A stretch of DNA of 64,000 nt from Camelus ferus (taxonomy: Eukaryota). The notes under the pieces are model-generated. The model was not told where the DNA came from, made no database searches, and saw only the letters and a program-made list of their open reading frames with translations. Shown here piece by piece: positions 1 to 11,725 of this stretch. A program made the position numbers and the translations under genes. The DNA lies in the NCBI RefSeq assembly GCF_009834535.1, contig NC_045697.1:70496001-70560000 (forward strand), given 5' to 3'. Within the stretch, counting starts at the first letter, position 1. Every line of letters begins with the position of its first letter.

Positions 1-289
1 TGACTCATTTACTCAAAATGATCACTTGAAACACAATGTATTTCCCCCAGAAGCTTCCATGTTACTTCATAATCATAACTAAAGACAAATAATAAGATCC
101 TGAAGCAGTTTTATTTTCAATACTGCCTGGAATGTATCATAGGGTTGAGAAAAAGGCTATGCAAAGATGATCTCGGGTAAGGGTGGAGCCTCCTCAGAAT
201 CTGCAAGGAAAAGCAGGGGCAGCATTTAACCCCTCCCAGAGTGAGGCAGATTGACTGCTAACTATTATATAGTCTCCTTCGTCATCTTG

Positions 290-1070
290 TTAATGTTTAA
301 TTTTAATTTTTTCAAAGTATTTATTATACACAATTTTTAAAGTCAACTAATATTACAACTTCTCACCATCTCCTTTTCCACTCCCCAGGTATAATCATTT
401 TCAACTTTTTTAGCTACTGCATCCAATAATTACCCACATATTTTTAATGGGATGATTAATTACTACTTCATCATGTTTTATGTTTTTTAGATGTTATCTA
501 TTGACTGTAAAGGATGAAATATCTTGCTTTCTAATACTCCTCTTCACAAAGATATATTTATTCTTCCTGAAAATTTGCAAACTGTCTTTATGGTTAAGCC
601 CATATTCAGGATTTTCCTTGTTTTGCACTTGTCAATGTTCACTGCTAAGTGTATTTCTTCTGAAAACTTTTATTTTTCCTGTGAGTTCATTGCTTCTTCT
701 TATTCTGCTTGGCTTTCTTCAAGTTTCTGGTTAGGATTTCCTACATCCTTTAACAGCTCTGTAAAATAACTTTCAATTCTCTTCCGACATGCTTTCTTTC
801 CCACTTAGCTGCAGTCCTGGGACATATCCTTGCTGTCATTCAAGGAGATCTCTTGTATTACAGCATCTACTCCTTGGATATCATGTCTTGATCTTCTTGG
901 TTTAATTCTTTTTTTTTTTTTTTTTTTTGATGGGACATAACCTCCAGCAATCTCCTATAAAAGGGGGAAAAAAAGGTGCATATAGGCAACATCTTTGCAG
1001 AACGTGAATGTCTGAAAATGTGTTTATTCCATGCTAATGTTTGATTAATATCGATTTGGATTTGAAAAAC
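290..1070 (-). mobile_element. Ancient L1ME/HAL1-like LINE fragment
   Basis: 910-1070 (ctccagcaatctcc...ggtgcat...atgtctgaaaatgtgtttattc...ttgattaata) resembles the antisense ORF1 region of L1ME/HAL1. Highly diverged; boundaries approximate. Confidence 0.55.
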
Positions 1071-1539
1071 ACTTATGCTCTCTATAGGGGAGGACTCATA
1101 GTAAGACTCCATGGTCCCTGACAAAGCTGGCCAGTCTAGTGCACATTTAGGAAGAAAGTGGCCTGAGAACAAATTCAGGGTCTGCTGGCACCAGCTTCTC
1201 TGGATGCCACCAGGACAAATGAATCCATTTTCATTCCTTAGAATCATGGGCATTATTTGAAAATATGCTACAGTGCTGCTGTCTCACCAGGTGATAGTGT
1301 TGTATAGTGTTGTATATCCATTGGTAGGTAACTATCCATCTATTATTAGAAGGAAATGGGCCACATCAGGCCACGGTTTTGTGTGACTCAAGTAGAATAT
1401 GTGCCTTATGCTTAAGAAAAGAATGCACAAGTAGAAAGATTATGTGCTCTAATTCTGAGACTCTTAACCCGAAGTCTTCCGTAGATCATCTGTGGGGGTC
1501 CTTGACTTGGGTGAAAATTTTATTTTGTGTTATTTAGAT

Positions 1540-1790
1540 ACCCTAAGCTTCAGTGCCCTAATAATAAAGTGAAACTAATATTAATACCTCCTCATATGGT
1601 GGTTGTGATTGTTAATATTTAGAGAGACCCACAGCACGCAAAGTTAAGAACAATTGAGCTCTAATCCCCCTCTTTCTTCCGTTTAATTGAAGGAAAAACA
1701 GATTCCATAGAGGCTATCTGTCATGTTGATGTGACATGTGCTTTTAGCACAGCTGAGCTCAGCATGCTAGATTTTTGACTCTCTGACTGA
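1540..1790. mobile_element. MIR fragments (one +, one -)
   Basis: aatacctcctcatatggtggttgtgatt matches the MIR core on +; gaaggaaaaacagattcc region resembles MIR on -. Confidence 0.5.
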
Positions 1791-2246
1791 AGTCTTCCCA
1801 CATTAGCTTCAGCCAAGGTTATATCTGAGCCTTATCTATCATCATTGCTCACTTATTTTCCAAGGGAAGTTGAGGTGAAAGTTTTTGTCCTGAGATTCAT
1901 TGCCTACAATTAAATGTGGCTGAAAGAGGCCTCTGAAATCAGAAAGTGTCAAGGAAGCAGCATTTATTTCTGCCATTACTCATTCTTACCTGACCATGGG
2001 AAACATGTGAATATAGATAAATCAATGTAGAGGCAAAATCTTGACAGCATTGCACAACTTAAGTATACACTGGAGTCTTAAAGCAATGACAACCATGTTG
2101 GAAGAATAAACATCCCGCCAAAGCACTTTTGACCAAGGAGATCATGGGCTTCATTTAATTGATCTCTTTTACAAAGTCAGTTAATGTAACTATGTGGGAC
2201 TAGGGCAATAAGTTAACATCCTGTGATCAGAAAATATTAAATTTTG

Positions 2247-3589
2247 GGGAGAAGCAAGATGGCGGAGTAGAAGGATGCTTGTAGCTCACCCTCTCCCACA
2301 AATACACCGAAACTCACATCTACAGACCTACTCAGCCAACCAGAGCACCTGCCGAACTCCGACAGAACATTGTCCTCTTCAAAAGACAAAGATGCCAAAA
2401 ATCTGGTAGGAGAAAAGGAAAAAAGAAAGAAGAAAAAGCAAAACAGTATGGGGCCAATCCTGCGGGGAGAGAGCAGCAAAGGAGGACTGGTGCTCGTTCG
2501 CTGGTCTCCCCTCTCCAACAGAGAGGCCAGTGGGACGGAAGGGGAGCCTCAGAGGCTCAGATCTGCCCTGAGCACCCCTTGACCAACAGAACTGAGTTAA
2601 ACAGGCACAGAGGGTCCCTGTGACAGCCAGCCTGAGATGCGAGCCGGCAGTTAGGGGCCGGGACAGGCCGCCCGAGCCAGGCGGAGCACTGGAGCGGCTG
2701 CACTGAGGCAGCCCTGGGGGACTGTATGGGGCTGCCCGCCATGGCTGGGGGGGGCTATGGAGCAGAACAACCTCGGTCCCCGATAAATTGCAAGAAAAGC
2801 AAAGCAACATGGCTGGTGTGCCCTGGGGGAAGGGACGCCATAGCCTTTGTCTCCTCAGACCTGCACCACCATTACTGGCACATCTCGTGAGAAGAGAGGT
2901 GGGGCACAGCCACAGCCCCCATCTCCTCCTGTGTGCAGCACCAGGACAGGGGCAGGGGCGAGTCCTGAATCCACACCCAGGGGCTCTGCAACCTCCTAGA
3001 CAGGACTGAGACTTGTTTACAGCCTGAGGCAGATAGGATCTTTCTACCCTAGCACCTCAGAGAACTTGCGCCACCAAGACAAACAAGGAGCTGAGATTTG
3101 GCACAGAGCAGGGGCGGGGCCGTTCTGCGGTCTTCCGAGCCTGCCTTTGGAAAGCGGACCCAAGGTGGAGCGGGCAGCTGCACAGAGCAGTGGGCCGACT
3201 GGCGCCAGGAGAGGGCGGGCAGCCACCCGCCATCCTGGCAGGAACGCAGCACCTGACCACAGTGCTGGGTGGTGGTGCGATCTGCCCACCTGCCTCCCCC
3301 CAGTGCAGCATCTGACTGTGGCATCGGGAGAGGGAGTGACCTACCCACCCACTGGGTAAGAGCTCAGCTCCTGACCCAGTGTTGGGAGGGGGCACAATCT
3401 GCTAGCCAACAGCCACTGGGAGCAGCACAGATGACGGCACCAACAGAGGGCCTCTGGAAACAGCAAGCTGAGTTCGCAAAACGGCAAAGACACAAAACCT
3501 CTCGATAAAATCATTAAGAGCACACTGTCTCCAGGAGAACTAGATAACTGATTCTCCTTAAGCCACAGTGCCAGAGAGATATAAGCAAT
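2247..3589 (+). promoter_or_regulatory. L1 5'UTR internal promoter with YY1 site
   Basis: CAAGATGGCGG at 2255-2265 (YY1-type motif typical of L1 5' ends); GC/CpG-rich ~1.3 kb upstream of ORF1. Confidence 0.8.
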
Positions 3590-4480
3590 ATGAAGAAGCA
3601 GAGGAACCACTCCCAATTAAAAGATCAAGAGAAATCCTCTGAAAGCACAATCAAGGAAATAGACATTGATGGCCTACTAGATCAAGATTTCAAAAACAGA
3701 GTGATCAAAGTAGTGAAGGAACTAAAAGAAATAGTGTTTAGAGATATAAAATGTGTCAAAAATGAAATAGAAGCTATAAAGAAGAACCAAGTAGAGTTAG
3801 TAAGCTCATTTGCTGAGATGAGAGCTGACCTAAAGGCTGTACAAAGCAGGCTAGATAATGCAGAGGAATGAATAAGTGACCTAGAAAACAGGACAACAGA
3901 AAACACCCAATCAGAACAGCTGAGAGAAAAACAAATAAAAAACAATGAAAACAATATAAGGGACCTATGGGATAATATAAAGCGTGCCAATCTACACATA
4001 ATAGGGGTTCCAGAAGGGGAAGAAAGAACAAAGGGGATTGAAAAGGTATTTGAAGAAATCATGACTGGAAACTTCCCAAACCTAAAGGAGTCAGATATCC
4101 AAGTACAGGAGGCTCAGAGGGTCCCAAACAGGAAGAACCCAAACAGACCCACACCAAGACATATCATAATCAAGATGGCCAGAGTCAAGGATAAAGAAAT
4201 GATCCTAAAGGCAGCAAGAGAAAAACAAAGAGTGAGTTACAAGGGAACCCCCAAAAGGCTCTCAGCTGATTTCTCTACACAAACCCTACAGGCCAGAAGG
4301 TAGTGGCAAGATATATTCAAAGTCCTGCATGAAAAAAAGATGTAGCCTAGGATACTTTATTCCAGCAAGGCTATCTTTTGAATAGAAGGAGAGATAAAGA
4401 ACTTCACAGACAAGCAAAAACTAAAAGAGTTTAGCAACACTAAACCCATGCTAAAAGAAGTATTGACAGGTCTACTCTAA
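3590..4480 (+). pseudogene. L1 ORF1p, disrupted
   Basis: MKKQRNHSQLK...coiled coil...LWDNIKRANLHIIGVPEGEE...PRHIIIKM...ILKAAREK...RLSADFS...LQARR. In-frame stops at ~3869, ~4301 and ~4343, plus a local compensated frameshift ~4360-4381. Ends TAA at 4480. Confidence 0.93.
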
Positions 4481-5269
4481 ATAGGAAAGAAGCAGGATGC
4501 TACAAAAATGAGAAACTCATAACTGGAAAGGAGATAACTGCCATGAATTACAAAAAGAATAAACACATAATTGTAAAAGAAGACATCTAACTCATTAAGA
4601 GTGGGAGAGGGAAGCAAGGAAAACCACTGTGGAAAGCAGTATGGAGATTCCTCAGAAGACTAGGAATAGACTTACCCTATGACCCAGGAATCCTGCTCCT
4701 GGGCATATATCAGAAGGAACCCTACTTCAAAATGACACCCACACCCCAATGTTCATAGCAGCACTATTTACAATAGCCAAGACATGGAAGCAGCCTAAAT
4801 GTCCATCAACAGATGACTGAATAAAGAAGTGGTATATTTATACGATGGAATACTATTCAGCCACAAAACCCGACAACATAACGCCATTTGCAGCAACATG
4901 GATGTTCCTGGAGAATGTCATTCTAAGTGAAGTAAGCCAGAAAGAGAAAAAATATATAAATACAAAACAGAAACAGACTCATAGACATAGAATACAAACT
5001 TGTGGTTGCCAAGGGGGTGGGAGGTGGGAAGGGACATACTGGGATTTTAAAATGCAGAATAGATAAACAAGATTATACTGTATAGCACAGGGGAAAATAT
5101 ACAAGATCTTGTGGTAGCTCACAGTGAAGAAAATAAATGTGACAATGAATATATATGTTCATGTATGACTGAAAAATTGTGCTCTACACTAGAATTTGAC
5201 ACAATATTGCAAAATAACTATTACTCAATAAAAAAAGTTAAAAAAAGAAAATATTAAATTTTGATTACT

Positions 5270-5476
5270 AATAACATGTACTTTTTTATGGGTATATTAC
5301 TTACAAAATGCTTTCATGTATTACTTGATTTAAAAATAAAAACAACCTTGTATAGTAAAGTAAAAAAATAACATGTACTTTTTTATGGGTATATTACTTA
5401 CAAAATGCTTTCATGTATTACTTGATTTAAAAATAAAAACAACCTTGTATAGTAAAATAAAAACAACCTTGTATAT
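5270..5476 (+). repeat. 97-bp-period tandem duplication plus partial third copy
   Basis: 5270-5359 is identical to 5367-5456 (aataacatgtactttt...tatagtaaa); taaaaacaaccttgtata is repeated once more afterwards. Confidence 0.95.
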
Positions 5477-5489
5477 AATTTACTATACA

Positions 5490-5645
5490 TATTGCCCATA
5501 TTTACAATTTGCCCATATTTACAAAAGAGTAACTGAGGACAGAGATTTGAAGAGGTTTGCCCTAAGTCATATAGCTAAGAAGGGCTAGAACTGAAACAAG
5601 AGCACTCGCCTTCTGATTCCAAATTCAGTTCTTTTTCCATCTTAC
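5490..5645 (-). mobile_element. MIR
   Basis: cccatatttacaaaagagtaactgagg...tgccctaagtcatatagct...ctgattccaaattcagttcttt is the antisense MIR core. Confidence 0.75.
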
Positions 5646-7836
5646 CATGTGGCCTCCTGCTCACCATTAGTCATGCTGCTCTCATACTCCAGTGATGGAT
5701 GAATTTCAGAGGTAAGGGTGAAACAGGAGTGGGCCATGCTGTAGCTATGCCCTATGCAAAGGAAATATGCTTTGTTAGCCTGCCAGGTATGATCAGGCTG
5801 AGGGCATGTGGCCTCAGGGACTGGCCAGATACAGGATCCTAGGGAATTTGGGCCAATGCTGTCATTCACCAAGAGATCAACTTCACTCCTTCTATTTCAG
5901 GCAGGTGTTAATAGTAGATGAGTGCACAAAATATTTTACAAAGAACACGAGGCAAGGCTGCCAACAAAGATTTACGAAGTTACTATACTCCTCGAAGGAC
6001 TCAGCATAATATAATTCATGTTCAATTTTTTGTCAACTATATGGATCAATAATAATTTTATTTTAAAATGATGTTGAGTCAAGGTTTTCATCCCTTCGTT
6101 TAACCTAAGAGGTAAATTACATAAAAATATTGCTTATATAAACAACTGCTTTTCATTAATCTTATCTTTTTTACTTTATTTTTTTTATATAAAAAAGAAA
6201 ACAAATCCTCATCTTTTTACTGTGTGAATAAATCTGCCACATGCAGGACATGAAGTGATATTACTAATGAAGCATTTCTGGCTTGCTCGAGATGGAGAAA
6301 AAGTGTTAAATTTTCCCCTGCTCTTGATTTAAACACAAGTGAGACCTCAAAAGGTCTTGAACATGATTAGTGTCTTTTTTTTTTTAAGTGTGAATTGATG
6401 CAGCTTCAGAGGGAAGCCTGAAGCAAATCCTAATGGACAGAGGGTTTGAATCTCACTCCCATTTGGTAATGGTCATGGCCAGGACTGTTCTGGATACATT
6501 GGAGATTAACTCAGCTTCACCAAAGTCTCATGTTCTCATAAATAGAGAAATCCTCTAGCAAAGAGCTTATAATTTTTTATGTGAAATAATATTATCCTTT
6601 TGGGACAATATTCCTGCTGGAGTCCCTGGATAATTTTTCTCCTTTTTTTTTTTTACATGACTATAATTGTTTTGAACACTGTATACATCTAGATTGAGGA
6701 AACTGTTTCAAGAAGATGTCTTAGGAAACACTGAAGAATAATATGTCCAATATTCTTCACTTTAAACACTTGAAAGCCTAGTTTTACCAAACCCCAAATT
6801 TCCCTCACTCCACTTGAACAGTTTTCTTCAATAACAGACTCTCAGACTTTTCTACTTTATATCCACACTTAAGCACAGTTTTATCCACATGGCTCACATT
6901 TCCCTATGTGGCTTTAATAATTTGAAGAAGGCCTCTTGGGGAGCACCTCAAATTCATCTGGTCCTTAGTTTTAGGCTGCCTCTGCTCACCAACTAGTCTT
7001 TCTGGTCTCTTGGAAAGAGCCCAGATGTAATGTGGGGGTCACTGAAGAGCCTATGTATAAATAAAAAAAAAAATTGCTAGCCCCAGTTAATTGAACAATT
7101 GAACTTTCATTCAACCAGCACTTCATCTATGTTGGTGTCTCCCAATTGTCTGTATCCATAAAGCCCAGGTCCACTTGCTGGAGAGACGACCGGAGGGCAG
7201 GCAGTTTTGTAAACAGCTAAACGACTGCTGGACAGTCTTGATGGATATGCTGTCAGTCTGCTTCGCTATTTTCCCCTAGTTCTGATTGTGGTTCTGAATT
7301 CTTTGAAGACTTAAAGGAAATTTCTGTATTTAACAATTGAACCAACAGCTTGACTAGGGGGAAAGTACTGCTGAAATCTGTCAATGAATGTTGCGAACAT
7401 ATGTTGCATTTATAGACAGGGAGAAAACTAAACCTAGCGAGTCCTTGGAAAGATGTGCAAGCTGGCTGACAGGTGTGACATCTCAGAACAACAAGTTAAA
7501 GCAACACTGAGCAGTGAGTTTTGTCCAGTGAGATTTGATTGGCCACAGATGAAAATTCCAGCTCCCTGAGCTGTTTCTCCAGTGTCTATGATTAATATCA
7601 AATGTCAAGTGAGGCTCACTTCCAACAATAAGGTTTAGACATACTCAGTTAAAGCAACATAGGATTTTAGTTTCCCATAACCCAATGAAGCTATCCAGGC
7701 ACTTCCTGGAGGATTATCCCCAGGATGGACTACATAAAAAGAGAGCTACAAGGGCTTTCTTCCTTAAGCAAAACTTCAAGCAGTGCATAACAGAAGCTGA
7801 CACTTATCACTTGCATGAGGAATGGTAGGACAAGTC

Positions 7837-7863
<27 letters not shown>
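7837..7863. repeat. poly(T) tract
   Basis: About 27 consecutive T. Confidence 0.95.
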
Positions 7864-7867
<4 letters not shown>

Positions 7868-8879
7868 AAAGTGTTAGGTAGGCTAAGAAAAAAGATTCTG
7901 AGATAGACTCAAATGAAACCTGGATAATACACAACCATGGATCAAATGATTTCAGTCACTACCAAAGTTTGGTTACATATTGTCAGAATGAATGAAAAAG
8001 AGGGGATTCTTTGGCTTTTTACTTATTGATGTATATATTCTGCAGTATAATTGACTATAAATATGTGTGTGTATACACATGTATCCATTTTCTTGTTTTT
8101 GATGCCTATAATAGCCAAGGGTCTTAGCATCAGAAACAAGAAAATGTATATATTTACTTTGCAAAAAAATTTTATAAGCAATATTTAAAATCAGAAGTAT
8201 TAATTTAACATGGTTTGTACATGAGGCATAGATAGTTTTCCATCTTTTGTCTCCAGAAAAGGGTTATTTGTAAGCCCTAAATTGTAAGTGTGTTCCTGCT
8301 TCAGATGATCACACTTTTGGGGAGAGGTCATAAGTTGGTAACAAAATAGTCTTTATCATTTAATACTTAATTCCTTAAGGTTAGTGTTTCAGAAGAAATC
8401 AAGAAAGTTTGACTTCAACATTCATTTTCTTTGTTGTCCTCCACATCCAACTTATCACTTCTATCTCTACGCCTCTCTCATTATATATTTATTCATCCGT
8501 AATTCCACAAGGATTTGAAGTTGCATAAAAACAAAAGTGTGAATAATGAAATAATAATATAGAAATACAAAATCAAGATTGAATAAATCCCTATTATACA
8601 TTAAGGGAAAATGGGTCTTAGGGAATGGTTTAATATGCGTATATGACTAAGAATCTGAATTTGAGACCGCCTGGTAGAAGGATCTGTACTGCCATTGCTT
8701 TAGTCAGACCAAATCTTTATGTACTGTCAAAGAAATGCCAGTTACATGGGATCCTTTGTGGTTGGAGGACAAGTCAATAAATGATAAATGCTATATGCCT
8801 ATAAGTGAGTGTGAGGGCTAGGCTGGTTTGAAATTAAGTTTACATGACACCAACATAAGCAATTAAAAAGTGAAAGGAA

Positions 8880-9825
8880 AAGAAAAGTTTCAAGATGATG
8901 GTATAGGAAGATCCTGAACTCACCTCTTCCAATAGACACAATAAATCTACAATTATATATGGGATAATTCCCTTGGAAAGGGACCTGAAAACTGGAGGAA
9001 CAGCCTCCACAACAAATGGTAGAAGTACAGCATTGAGATGAGTAGGGGAAGGACTGTAAATTAGTATAGCCACTATGGAAAATAGTATGGAGATTCCTCA
9101 AAAAATTAAGAATAGAACTACCGTGTGATCCAACGATCCTACTTCTAGGTATTTATCCAAAGGAAATAAAATCAATAGCTTGAAAGATACCTGAACTCCC
9201 ATATTCATTTCAGCATTATTCACAATAGCCAAGGTATGGAAACAACTTAAGTGTTGGTTGAGGGATGAATGAATAAAGAAAATGGGATACACACACACAT
9301 AATGAAATATTATTCAGCCTTAAAAGAGAAGAAAATCCTGTCTCCTGTCATTTGCAACAACATGGATGTAACTGGAGGGTATCATGCTAAGTGAAATAAG
9401 CCAGACAGAAAAATACTGCATGGTGTCACTTGTATGTGGACCCTTGGGTAAAAAAAAGTTGAACTTCTAAAAACAGAGAATAGAATGGTGGTTGCCAGGA
9501 ACTGGAGGGTAGGGGGAATGGGGAGAGGTTGGTAAAAGGGCACCAAAAGTTAGTTGTAAGATTAATAAGGTCTGAGGATCTAATGTATAACTTGACTATG
9601 ATTGTAGTGAATAATACTGTATTGCATAGTTAAAATGTTCTAAGAGAGTACAAATTATTTAAAAAGTAAATATAAGAGGTGATGGATTGTTAGTTAATCA
9701 ATGGAGGGGATCCTTTCACAGTGTATATGTATATGTGTGTGTATATATGTTTATATAAGTCATGTAGTACGTTACCTTAAACATATTACATTTTTGTCAG
9801 TTATACCTCAGTAAAATCCTGGGAG
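8880..9825 (+). mobile_element. Older L1 (L1MA-type): ~170-bp 5' end fused to ORF2 C-terminus and 3'UTR
   Basis: 8891 caagatgatggtataggaagatcctgaactcacctcttcc is homologous to the L1 start at 2255. From 9055, tgtaaattagtatagccactatggaaaa...ctaagtgaaataagccag...ttatacctcagtaaaa is the L1 3' end. Confidence 0.85.
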
Positions 9826-9959
9826 GATTAAATATTAAGTATCCAAAAAGTGCTTTGAACTACAAGTACTGAGTACCTAGAAATCAACAAATATTAGCAA
9901 AATTACTATAATAGAAAAAAAGAAAGGATTGTAACCTTTAAGTGTCTTTCGTTACTGTA

Positions 9960-10280
9960 GGGAAGGGCCTTTTTATTATTCATATTTTTCATAATATTCA
10001 AGTCTTTTCTATCATAATTACTTTTCAAGTAAGGGGCATTATTTAGAACATCTGTTTAGGTCATTTTTTATATTTGTTAAAGCTTTATAGTTTTCTTCTC
10101 ATAAATTTGCACACGTCCTCTTATTTTTATGTAGCTATTTTATACATTTTGTTGCTATTATTACTGAGATTCGTTTTTTCTAATTGGGTGTTCTTGCTAC
10201 AAAGGAAAGCTTTGTCTTTTTGAAATATTCATTTAGCTTGTTAATAAACCCTATTAGTTCTGATTACTTCTAGCTGATCC
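9960..10280 (-). mobile_element. Ancient L1 (L1ME-like) ORF2 fragment
   Basis: ttatagttttcttc...ttttgttgctattatt...ctaattgg...tacaaaggaaagct resembles antisense L1 ORF2. Confidence 0.55.
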
Positions 10281-10469
10281 ATATCCTTTTGAAGATTTCT
10301 TCTAGCACGTGACAGTGCATGGCTGTCTCAAGTTCTGATTCAGGCCACAAGATAAGGCTCAAGGGTTTGCTCCCCCACGATCTCCTTCCCTTGTTCAAAG
10401 GGCACCTGTGGCAGAATGGAAGGAGCCCCGAAGGCAAACCAAGAACAATGGGCTGAACGCTGCGCTGTG

Positions 10470-10910
10470 TCCTAGATTAGCTAGGACTGGGTTCAGCTCC
10501 ACATATCGAAAAAACACAAAAATAAGACTGGTTTAAACACACGAGACTTTATTCTTGCTATGAAAGAAATCTGAAGGTGGAAGTCAAGGGCCGGTAGGGT
10601 GATGGTTTATGAAATTGTGACATCTCTCTGACAAGACTCTTGTCCTTATGTGCCAAGAAAATGTTGAGCACCAGAAGTTATGTCTGAGTCCAGGCCAGCA
10701 GCGGGAAGGCGAAGAAGCCTATGGTGTTCTCTCCTTTCAGGCCACTTCTTTAGAATCATCGGAATCCATAGGGTCAACCTACCCATATAGCCATGGCTAG
10801 TTGGAAGAGAATCTGGGGAAAGTGGTCGTTGCTAAAGTAGCTGTTAATGAGCACTGAAGTCGAGGTGTCTGTTACTTAAGAAAAGCGGGTAGAGAGGGAT
10901 TTAGCTCTCT
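10470..10910 (-). mobile_element. Old MaLR LTR (MLT1-type)
   Basis: ttagctaggactgggttcagct...tggtttaaacac...tttattc...gaaatctgaaggtgg resembles the antisense 3' end of MLT1. Confidence 0.55.
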
Positions 10911-11039
10911 GTTGAGTCACTAAATTCAAGTGTGAATTTATGCCAATTCAATTTTTTCCCATAAAGAAAAAAACATTTTTCCCCCCGGTGACACAATAAT
11001 GTACTTCCACTGGAAAAAATTCACATAAACTAGGTATGT

Positions 11040-11405
11040 GACCATCTCCCTTCCTTCTTCCGTGTGGCTAACTTTCTACCTCTCAGAGTGACTAGTTGCC
11101 TCACCTCCTTCAGGGTTTTTTTGCTCAAATGTCTTTTCCCAGGGACGCCTCCTGCTCTCCACTCCATTTATAATTGCACTTATCACCCTCCTTTTTTAAT
11201 ATTTTATTTTAATTTTCTCCATAGAACTCATCACCTTTTAAAATGTTACATAAATTTAGTGATTCTTCTATTTTCCTCTTTCTTCCCAACACAATGAAAA
11301 TTTCATGAAAGTAGGGATTTTTGTCTTGTCCGATGTTTATCCAGTGCATAGAGTAGTGCTCAGCCCATAGGAAGTACTCAATAAATCCTCGTTGAATGAA
11401 TAAAT
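11040..11405 (+). mobile_element. L2 3' end
   Basis: ctcacctccttcagg...gctcaaatgtc...catgaaagtagggatttttgtc...ctcaataaat...ttgaatgaataaat. Confidence 0.85.
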
Positions 11406-11429
11406 TCACAGCACTTTCTAACAGCCGAA

Positions 11430-11725
11430 CACATCATTAGGTGTGAGGACTGAATGAGATAACATGGATGACAGCACTTAGCACAGGGACAGATGGCTGA
11501 GGCTCAAAAGAGGATGTGGAAGCTGCTGTCATGTCTAAATAAACTTTCCATGCTTCTACCAGAGCACTTACCTCCATATCTTTAAAATTGTATTCGTGTG
11601 TTTCTTTCATCCGTGAGCCCCACGGACTCTCTGAAGGTTTAAACTACTGTTACTTGTTTCTGCATCGCTGACATTGGCAGTAGCCTGGTATACAGTAGGC
11701 TCCCTCTGTGTCTGAGTTGACATGA
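11430..11725 (+). mobile_element. MIR tail plus L2 tail fragments
   Basis: gtgaggactgaatgagataac...gcacttagcacag; cagtagcctggtatacagtaggctc. Confidence 0.55.

Larger units (their letters stand above)
2247..5245 (+). mobile_element. Young LINE-1 with intact 5'UTR, ORF1 and 3' end but an internal deletion of nearly all ORF2
   Basis: Starts ggg-agaagCAAGATGGCGG; CpG-rich 5'UTR; ORF1; ORF2 C-terminal remnant from ~4624; G-rich 3'UTR; AATAAA and poly(A). Perfect TSD AGAAAATATTAAATTTTG at 2229-2246 and 5246-5263. Confidence 0.95.

Noticed and set aside
867..1253. 128 aa minus-strand ORF with poly-K
   Set aside because: Overlaps a decayed L1/HAL1 fragment; the lysines come from a T tract.
2237..3616. 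Many overlapping 60-143 aa ORFs
   Set aside because: By-product of the GC-rich L1 5'UTR; no recognisable protein. An ORF0-like antisense ORF cannot be supported.
5013..5033. G-quadruplex-like GGGGGTGGGAGGTGGGAAGGG
   Set aside because: Ordinary G-rich tract of the L1 3'UTR.
5270..5476. Direct repeats as a possible CRISPR-like array
   Set aside because: Plain tandem duplication without unique spacers, in mammalian DNA.
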